Assembly: GCA_951406725.2 (NCBI GenBank)
Contig: OX597816.1
Location: forward strand, 79,918,001 to 79,982,000
Reading direction: 5' to 3'
Length of the DNA: 64,000 nt
DNA from: Octopus vulgaris
Taxonomy: Eukaryota
Part shown: positions 54,401-64,000 of the stretch, in pieces
How positions within the stretch are numbered: position 1 is the stretch's first letter
Layout of the letters: every line of letters starts with the position of its first letter
Translations under genes and position numbers: made by a program
The notes under the pieces: generated by a model
Told to the model about the DNA's origin: nothing
Database searches by the model: none
What the model saw: only the letters and a program-made list of their open reading frames with translations

Positions 54401-54642
54401 CATACACACATAATATATTCATGAATATCTGTAATACAAATATTGTACATTTACTAAACATACACACAGAAACACATAAACACACACATATCGATAGATA
54501 AATAAATAGGTATACATACAGGTACATATGCATATATACATATGCAGATGCATCTACGTCTGTATTTTAAATATTGTATATTTTCAACATATATACAAAT
54601 ATTAATACTGATTTATTTGTATATGAATGTATATGTATACAT

Positions 54643-55014
54643 GGATGGAAGCACTCCGTCGGTTACGACGACGAGGGTTCCGGTTGATTCGAATCAACGG
54701 AACAGCCTGCTCGTGAAATTAACGTGTAAGTGGCTGAGCACTCCACAGACACGTGTACCCTTAACGTAGTTCTCGGGGATATTCAGCGTGACACAGAGAG
54801 TGACAAGGCCGGCCCTTTGAAATACAGGTACAACAGAAACAGGAAGAAAGAGTGAGAGAAAGTTGTGGTGAAAGAGTACAGCAGGGATCACCACCATCCC
54901 CTGCCGGAGCCTCGTGGAGCTTTAGGTGTTTTCGCTCAATAAACAGTCACGGCGCCCGGTCTGGGAATCGAAACTGCGAGTCCGCTGCCCTAACCACTGG
55001 GCCATTGCGCCTCC
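54643..55014 (-). mobile_element. SINE family C, young full-length copy
   Basis: Minus strand GGAGGCGCAATGGCCCAGTGGTTAGG...GTTTCGATTCCC; CpG-rich; TSD ATGTATACAT at 54633-54642 and 55015-55024. Confidence 0.9.
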
Positions 55015-55311
55015 ATGTATACATACATGTATACATACACCAAACTTGCTGACATCAACATCTTGTCTGTTTTTATCATAGAGTATACAACAAAAGGACT
55101 ACGAAAGGTGGCGTAAATATTCATAACGTCTAAAAGCTGCTACGAAAGTTCTTTAAATACTCTGCCGATTCAGACGTAGTACATCTGCGTTCTGCGCTTC
55201 CCACGAAACTCTAAGTAATGCGATGTTCAGTCAACCTGTTGTTCAAATATATTGCTCGGGGTCCAGTACCATTGTCTGGCAAATTCTGCAAGCGTCTTCT
55301 GTTATATCCTC

Positions 55312-55590
55312 GGGCCTAGCGAAGCCTTGTGAATGAGACAGGTACTGAATGAAGCCTGTCGTGTGTGTACGTGTGTGTACGTATTTGTGTCTGCTTTTGT
55401 CCCCACCCACCTCCACCATTTCACAACCGGTGCTGTTGTGTTTACGTCACAGTACCTTAGCAGCTCAACAAAACTGAACGATAGAATAAATACCAACCTT
55501 TGAAAGCAGTACTGCGGTCGATTCATTCAACTAAAAGTCTTTGCAGGGCGGCGCCTCAGCATAGTAGTTATCCAATGACTGAAACACGTA
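55312..55590 (+). mobile_element. SINE family B 3' part
   Basis: GGGCC...AAGCCTTGTGA...GAAGCCTGTCGT(GT)n...ACAACCGGTG...AATGACTGAAAC. Confidence 0.7.
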
Positions 55591-55747
55591 AAGCGCTTAT
55601 GTATAATATATATATATATATATATGCATCACTTTGGCGCGCTGAGATCGAAATAACATGCAGTTAATAAACTACAATAGTCAATTTATCGGCTAGAGAA
55701 CATTTTTTTTAAATTCAAAATTAAATAAGGGTAGAAATTGATATTAA

Positions 55748-55879
55748 TAAATTTATTACTATACTATAACTATTTAACTGCTGCTACAAAAAGTGATAGA
55801 TACATACATTTATACTCACATACATAGTCATGCGCTCATGCGAGTGATACATACATACATACATACATACATACATACA

Positions 55880-55950
<71 letters not shown>

Positions 55951-56350
55951 GAGGGGCTTATTTCATTGTCTGTTTCCCAAATCCCCTCAAATCATAGTAA
56001 GGAATAAGTATTAACTAGACTTTGTCAGGCATTTTATTTGTGTTGCGTTGCCATTCAATCTAACATTGTAAATGATAATGAAAATAAAAAAAAAGGATAC
56101 AAACACATAGTATAAACGTGTTACTAAGCTACTGAATATTCTATTTCAGATAGATATCATTTCAGTAAATTTATTACTATACTATAACTGTTTAACTGCT
56201 GCTACAAAAAGTGATAGATACATACATTTATACTCACATACATAGTCATGCGCTCATGCGTGTGATACATACATACATACATACATACATACATACATAC
56301 ATACATACATACATACATGCATACATACATACATATATATATATATATAA
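55748..56350. repeat. Recent direct duplication, period 418 bp
   Basis: TAAATTTATTACTATACTATAACT...GCTGCTACAAAAAGTGATAGATAC...CATGCGCTCATGCG.GTGATAC(ATAC)n starts at both 55748 and 56166, with 2 mismatches in ~100 non-microsatellite bases. Confidence 0.9.
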
Positions 56351-56379
56351 TTATATATATACATATATATATACATGTC

Positions 56380-56422
<43 letters not shown>

Positions 56423-56725
56423 GTATATATATATATATACATACATATACATATATACATGTATATATATGCATGTATATATATATATACATGTACATAT
56501 ATACATATATATATAGATATATACATGCATATATATGCATAATTATATACATATATATATATATGTATATATATGTATATATATGTATATATATGTATAT
56601 ATATACATATATATGTACATGTATATATATATATACATGCATATATATACATGTATTTATACGTATATATATGCATATATATATATGCATATACATATAT
56701 ATACATATATATAGATATATCTATA

Positions 56726-56771
<46 letters not shown>

Positions 56772-56900
56772 TATACATATACATATACATGCATATATGA
56801 AATATATGTATGTATCTATATATAATATATGAATATATGTTTGTATATATATGTATGCGTGTGTGTGTGAGAGTGTGTAAGATATATATATATGTGTGTG
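56330..56900. repeat. Degenerate (TA/CA)n low-complexity tract
   Basis: Directly visible. Confidence 0.9.
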
Positions 56901-57471
56901 TTTATAATACATATATGTGTATGTTTATATGTATCTATGTGCATGCAGGATGTAAGCACATATGTACACACACACACACACACACGTGTGTGTGTAAAAC
57001 ACAAAACATCATCCCAGATATAATGAAAGAAAGAAAGGGAAAAAAAGACGCAATAAAAATATTAAGAACTACACAAATAAAAAGGGAAATGCTAATAAAA
57101 CCGCAACGATAAAGTCGACCAAGATATGGGTTAGCCATTTATTCTAGCTTGAACCTTCCATCTGTCAACCATAGCGATTTGCTTACAGAAGTAACGCCAA
57201 CTTTGGACGGAAACGCAACTAAGAAACGCTGGTAGGTTCACCACGTATATTTGTACTAGGGAGCAATAAAAATTTTCCCTGTGTAAACTACACTAATTTT
57301 TGTCACATAATTTGTTTTCTTCTTTTCATCCTCATCGTAAATCATTACAGAATTGTATTGTGGAGCATGTTCAATATGTTATTATTGATGTTGTTCTTTT
57401 TATTGTCAGAGAAGGGGGTAAGTGCATTAAAGAAAACGTCATTCAACATCGTCGTCGTCGTCATCTTCATT

Positions 57472-57520
<49 letters not shown>

Positions 57521-57536
57521 ATATTATCATCAACGT

Positions 57537-57686
57537 TATTACGTTCTGAGTTCAAATTCCGCTGAGGTCGACTTTAATTTTCATCCTTTCGAGCTCGATA
57601 AATTAAGTACCAGTTGAGTACTGGGGTCGATGTAATCGACTATCGTAATCGCCATCGTCATCATCATCATTATGCTTATCACATTA

Positions 57687-57738
<52 letters not shown>

Positions 57739-57902
57739 GGCGGCGAGCTGACAGAATCGGTATTTAACGTTATTTCACCCGTCGCTACGTCCTAAGTTCA
57801 AATTCCACCGGTGTCGACTTTGCCTTTCATTCTACTGGGGTCGATGTAATCAACTATAACCCTCCCACAAATTTCAGACCTTGTGCTTATAGTAGAAAGG
57901 AT
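57537..57902 (+). mobile_element. Two SINE family A pieces (57537-57642 and 57739-57902) separated by (ATT)n
   Basis: TTACGTTCTGAGTTCAAATTCCG... and GGCGGCGAGCTGACAGAATCG.... Confidence 0.8.
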
Positions 57903-57909
57903 TATTATT

Positions 57910-58662
57910 TTTTTTCCCCTTCTTTCTTCAAATTTTCTTCCATTTCACGCCGAGTGTTTTCCGTACACCTAGGGCAGAGAAGCTCATTGTATGCATTCCC
58001 AGATTACACACGCAAATTCACAGGTAAAATATGTATTTAAAAACATTAATAAATAAATGAATTCATGAATGGATGTTGTTTTCACAGCGATTATGCTCTT
58101 CTCAGTGCATGAGTCATTCCATTTAACACGATTTTTTGCACTTCCTGTAGGGATGGCAAGCCTGGTGTCATTTTCAAATAGGTTTCAGTACTTTTCTTTT
58201 TATCATTCCTAGAGATTCTACAATCACTGGTAATGTAGTCGCCTTGAGATGCCACATTTTTTCAATTTCTATTAGCAAGTCTTTATATTTACTGATCTTA
58301 TCAAATTCTTTCGCCACTATATTGTCATCGCAAGGAATACTCATGTCAATTAATTTAACACACCTTTTTTGTCTGATCTTTTATAATAATATCCGGTTTA
58401 TTAGCTTTTATAGTTTTGCCGGTATGTACGGGGAAGTCCCAGAGAATAGACGCATTTTCGCCCTCAGTCACAGCTTCAGGATGGTGTTTATACCATTTGT
58501 CAGCGGTTTTGATTTTATAATGCCGACATATTGTCCAGTGTAAATACTGGCCGACTCTGTCATGTCTTGCTTTATATTCTACAGGTGTTAAGACTCTATA
58601 CCCTGAGATTAGGTGGTTCATAGTTTCAATCTCATCGTTACAGAATCGGCATTTTGGGTCAG
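57910..58662 (-). mobile_element. R4/Dong-clade LINE 3' end, flanked by (TAA)n
   Basis: CRFCNDEIETMNHLISG...YKARHDRVGQYLHW (zinc knuckle), ILWDFPVHT...NKPDIIIKD...IDMSIPCD...KYKDLLIEIEKMW (PD..D endonuclease). Confidence 0.92.
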
Positions 58663-59250
<588 letters not shown>

Positions 59251-59457
59251 AGCAAGGGTGGGGACTTTGCAGATGTAATGCTTTCGGTTATTAAGTTGCG
59301 TTACGCTGCTTCATTATGATTTCAAGTTCCGCCGATATCAAATTTGTCTTTATATCTTACGAATTTAATAAAGTAATATACCAGTCATGTACTGGAGCCT
59401 ATACAATCGACAGGTCCCTTTCCCTAAATTCGAGACTTTTGTGAAAATAATATTATT

Positions 59458-59605
59458 CGAACTGGCAGAATCGTCAGCGCGGCGGGCAAAATGCTCAGTG
59501 GCATTTGGTCTGTACATTCCGAGTTCAAATGCTGCTGAGCTCAACTTTGCCTTTAGTTCTTTCGGGGCCGTGGATACAAGTACCAACATCTTTGTAGAAT
59601 CGCTA
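59458..59605 (+). mobile_element. SINE family A fragment
   Basis: CGAACTGGCAGAATCGTCAGC...GAGTTCAAATGC...AAGTACCA. Confidence 0.7.
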
Positions 59606-61017
59606 ACGTGCCCTTTGCTATTTTAGTGGCATTCTGTAAGTAAGAAATATTTCCAAACACGCTAGATATTTGTCTACTGCTAGAAATTAATAAACTACAT
59701 TGGTTGCACTCAAGCGGGGTAATCGATGTGGTATCTTAATTTCCTTGTCCAAGTAATAGTCGTCAACATCAGAACATATACTTAATTAAAAGATATTGGT
59801 GTATCTCAGGCAGTGTGGTTGTGGTTTGGTACAATGAGATAACAGGGTGACGCCGTAGTAGGATGGTGAGAGGGGGTACTACGCTAAGAGAAGTAATTCT
59901 GAGCTAAGAAGAAACAATGAACATGTAGGAGGTGATACTTGACGGGTTAGCGATTTGATTGTAGTAAACTACAAGAATTTTATAAGACACTTGAGGCGAG
60001 GATGACAACATATACTAAAATATAAAAAAAAAAACTTCTAGTGAGAATCAAAGTGCAATACCAAATTCCATAAATAGCAAGACGGATTGTAGAAGACGTT
60101 TACAACATTTGGATATCTTTTTCGGAAAAGGCAAATCATTAGAAGATCCAAAGAGAATGTCTCTACATTTCTTACGATTTATTACAAAAAGCAGTCATAT
60201 GTCACTTTGTCTTAACATGTGATGGTGGTATTGGGTGTAGTGGTCCTAAATCCAAAGCGCTCGATAAAAGAACGCAGTGGTCAAATCTGAATCCCCATTA
60301 ACCGTAAGCCTGCTCAGGCAAGGATGATTTGAGGCTAAAAGCAACAACTAATGAGCGAAATATGGCGTTCGGGATTTTACAACTGGGAACTGACAGCAGT
60401 TCACTTTCGTAAAATGATGAATTCAAACAGTTAGAATTCTACACGTGAATATACGTTATCTTCTATTTATTAACATCTTAACCAAGGTGATAACGGCAAT
60501 GCATATCACCCCTGTAAGAAAAGTAAAGACTATTGGTAGGAAGGAAGAAGTTACTCTCAGACTGGAATCTAGCCTGAATGCTCACAACAGTGTATACTCT
60601 GCTTATGGTACCTTACACTAAATAATTGATTATGTGTACCATCCAAGAGCAGGAAATGACAGTTTCAGTCTACGAAATTTTATTTGCAATTTCTTCAACA
60701 TCAGGCTCTTCAAGAAAACATTTTTAAATCATACACTTATGCGCGAGGCTAACGACGCGTAAAATATTTCAAGAATTACCTGGCTTTTGCATTTTCAATC
60801 TCTTCTAATGAAATAACATTTTTGTATATTTATTCCAGTTTTATTTCAATTGCTTTTAATATCTTTTCTTTTTACTCATGTTATTTACAGCTGATTATTT
60901 AATGAAGGTATTTTCTATAAGGCCTTCGGTAGTACAATAGGCTGTGCATCTGTCCCATAATCACATCTTAAATAAGAGAAAACTGAAGGTCATGAGTTCT
61001 ATCGTCACCCGCAGCAG

Positions 61018-61097
<80 letters not shown>

Positions 61098-61114
61098 CAT
61101 ATATATACATACGC

Positions 61115-62690
61115 GTAGGCGTGGCTATCTGTTAAGTAGTTTGGTTCCCAACCACTTGGTTGTGGGCTCAGTTCCACTGCGTAGCACCTTGGATAAGTGT
61201 CTTCTACTATATCTTCGGGCCGATCAAAACTTTGTGAGTTGATTTGGTAGACGGAAACTGAAAGAATCCCGTCGTATATACATACATGCACACATACATT
61301 ATATATATATATATATATATACATATACAGGGGTTGGACAAAATAATGGAAACACCTAGCGTCATAGCATCGTAATTTTGAAATATCTATAAAACCATCA
61401 AAAGCTTGTTTATTTTTATATTTTTTATTTTCGATTTATTTTTAGTGTTGCTTAATATGTTTTGCTAAAATTGCTGTTTCTTTTCAGATATCACCAGAAA
61501 AAGGTAATAAAAATTCATTAATATGACAAATCTGAAGGTCTTTCAAAGAGGTCAAATTGTTGGTGTTCGTATGAAACAAAACTCCGGAGGAAACCCAAAA
61601 CTTTCAGATAGGGACCACCGGACTCATAAGCGAATTGTTAGAAAGCATCACAAATGTACAGCCCCCCAAATTACTGCAGAGCTTAATGACCACCTCGAGA
61701 ATCCAGTTTCCACAAAAACTGTTCGCTGGGAGCAACACAAATCCGGATTTCACGGGAGGGCTGCAATCAGAAAACCACTACTTTCAAAAACAAGCGTTGC
61801 AAAGCGTTTAGAGTGGAGTAAAAACCTACAGAGTTGGTCCCTAGAGCAGTAGAAGAATGTTATTTTCTCAGACGAATTATCCTTTACCTTATTTCCGACC
61901 ACCGGCTGAGTATAGGTGTGGAGACATCCAAAAGAAGCATTTGACCCAGACTGCCTTCTTCCAACAGTTAAACATGTAGAAGAATCTGTAATGATCTGGG
62001 GGAAGGGGCTATACCTTGGAAATCCACCGGCCCAATGGTTTCCCTTCTTGGCAGAGTTTATAGTCGAGACTATTTAAGCATTTTATCAGATCAAATTCAT
62101 CCTATGGTTGCGGAACTGTTTCTGGAGGGAAACGCAATCTTTCAGGATGATAATGCAGCAATTCACACAGCTAAAGTTCTTACTGAATGGCACGAAGAAT
62201 ATTCTAGTGAAGTTGAACATCTTATCAGGCCACTACAGTCCCCAGATCTCAATATTATTGAACATTTATGGTGCATTTTAGAAAAACAAGTAAGGAGTCG
62301 ATATCCTCCACCATGATCACTACAAGAACTGGAGACTGTTTTAGCTGAAGAATGGACAACTATTCCTTTGGAAACAATTCAAACTTTCGACGAGTCCTTT
62401 CCTCGTGGAATTCAAGCTGTAATTGCTGCTAAAGGCGGTCCTACCCCATATTAAAATAAATTTGTTTGAAATGTTAAGGTGTTTCCATTATTTTGTCCAA
62501 CACCTATATATGAATGTGTCTTTGTATCTGTGCTTGACCCCACAGCACTGCTTGACAACCGGTGTTCGCATAAGAAACCAATAGAATAAGTACTCGGTAT
62601 AAGAAAAGAATAAGTCCTGGGGTCGATTTGTTCGAGTAAAGCCCTTCAAAGCGATGCCCCAGCATGGCGATAGTCAAATGACTGAAGGGA
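61115..62690 (+). mobile_element. SINE family B split by a Tc1 insertion (61115-61276 and ~62510-62690)
   Basis: Head GTAGGCGTGGCT...CACCTTGGATAAGTGTCTTCTACTAT...GGAAACTGAAAGAATCCCGTCG; tail GCTTGACAACCGGTG...ATAGAATAAGTAC...AATGACTGAA resumes after the Tc1. Confidence 0.8.
61328..62506 (+). mobile_element. Tc1 (DD34E) DNA transposon, pseudogenised
   Basis: 30-bp TIRs CAGGGGTTGGACAAAATAATGGAAACACCT / AGGTGTTTCCATTATTTTGTCCAACACCTA with TA TSD; frames GNPKLSDRDHR...GFHGRAAIRKPLL, FSDE, IFQDDNA, SPDLNIIEHLW; stops, frameshift and an N-terminal deletion. Confidence 0.95.
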
Positions 62691-63349
62691 ATAAAAGATT
62701 AAAGATATAAAAAGCAAATTCAGAGGGCTTTTTTTTTTTTAATGTGAATCTTCTGATTATATTTTTTTTCATAAATATGTTCACACATTGCTGAATTCGA
62801 AAATCTCTGGAATGAAATTTTCCATCTTTCATTCAGACGAAATATTACAAAATTTCACGTTTTTTTTTGCTTTTTTTTTATTTGAAGAAGCTGGTAATAA
62901 TAATTATGAGGATAACCATCATCTCATCATCGTGATCATAATCTTCGTCGTCATGATCATCGTCAGGTGGCAGGAGAAGAAGAGAAGGAGGTGTGTTAAA
63001 CAAACATCAGTTAGTAGAAAATATATGATCTCTAGGTTCCAAAAGGAATTATTTAAGGCATATTTTATTCCATCATAAATACATAAATTTCAAAGTTAAT
63101 TTTCCTCGCCATGCATTTTGTTCTTTGTACGAACATCATCATCACTATGACCAACACCACCACCTCTAACAGCAACACCACTAACATCACCACCAACGTC
63201 ACGAATACTACTACTACTGCTACTGCTGCTGCTTCTACTGCTACTACTAAAACAAATATATTTCGTCATGTTTAATCTTACTTTAAAAACAAAATTATAT
63301 CTTACACATTATTTTGTATCAGTAGTTATAGCAACTGCTATTGCTCTCT

Positions 63350-63400
63350 AGCTTCCATTCTCTGTATCTTTCTAGACCTTTCTCTTACTCTCTCTCACTT

Positions 63401-63431
<31 letters not shown>

Positions 63432-63690
63432 ATACCTTTCTCCCTCTCTGTTTATCCCTCTCTGCTTTCTCTCTTTCTCTCTCCTTTTCTCCCTTTCTTT
63501 TTCTCCCTCTCTGCTTCTCTCTCCCCCTCTCTCTCTGTCTCTCTGTGTGTCTCTCCGCCTATCTATTTATTTACTTCTATCTATCAGTGCATCTACGTAT
63601 CTATCTATCTATCTATCTATTTTGCAACCTATCTCTATCATTCTATTTATCGAATGATCGATCTTTCTATTTATCGATTTGTCTATCTGT
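63350..63690. repeat. (CT)n and (TCTA)n low-complexity tract
   Basis: Directly visible. Confidence 0.9.
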
Positions 63691-64000
63691 TTTTTAGTTT
63701 GTCTCTACCATTCGCCATTCTTTTTAATTCTTTTATTTCTTTCTTTTTTTCTATGTTAGTCGTACACCAAAGTGCCAATTGCTTAGAATTTACACAAACA
63801 TTCAGTTGACAACATGGCTTGGCGTGTTGTAATGGACATCCTTTCTATATTGTTTGCCTTCGACAACACTTCCGGCTGAAAGAAAAAAAAACGGTCGGTT
63901 TTATCTTCGTTGTTTCAACTAACGACCGTTACGCACATGCGCGTGCGAACATCACACGCACGCAAACAGACACCAAACACACACACATACACACACACAC

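Noticed and set aside
61523-62316. Active Tc1 transposase gene
   Set aside because: In-frame stops, a frameshift and a deleted N-terminal HTH.

Overview
AT-rich eukaryotic, non-bacterial DNA packed with microsatellites ((TA)n, (CA)n, (TACA)n, (GATA)n, (AAT)n, (GAT)n) and transposon relics. From recalled SINE sequences and the repeat landscape it is most likely an Octopus (coleoid cephalopod) intronic or intergenic region; this is inference and was not database-checked. I recognise no intact host protein-coding gene; almost all ORFs in the track are microsatellite translations or decayed transposon frames. Elements seen: three tRNA-derived SINE families (labelled A, B, C here) with about 25 copies; decayed non-LTR retrotransposons (Penelope-like, R4/Dong, L1/Tx1, RTE, CR1/L2); DNA transposons (Tc1 DD34E, maT/DD37D-type, mariner, Chapaev3, hAT, Tigger-like, Helitron); several palindromic MITE/foldback elements; a 147-bp solo LTR; and local duplications. 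The most notable unexplained signals are three hammerhead-ribozyme-like motifs (one directly behind a Penelope element, one in a long stem with no helix II) and a SINE that occurs three times as a TSD-flanked internal-tandem dimer. No new system is proven; these are candidates. Many boundaries were set by eye and are approximate.
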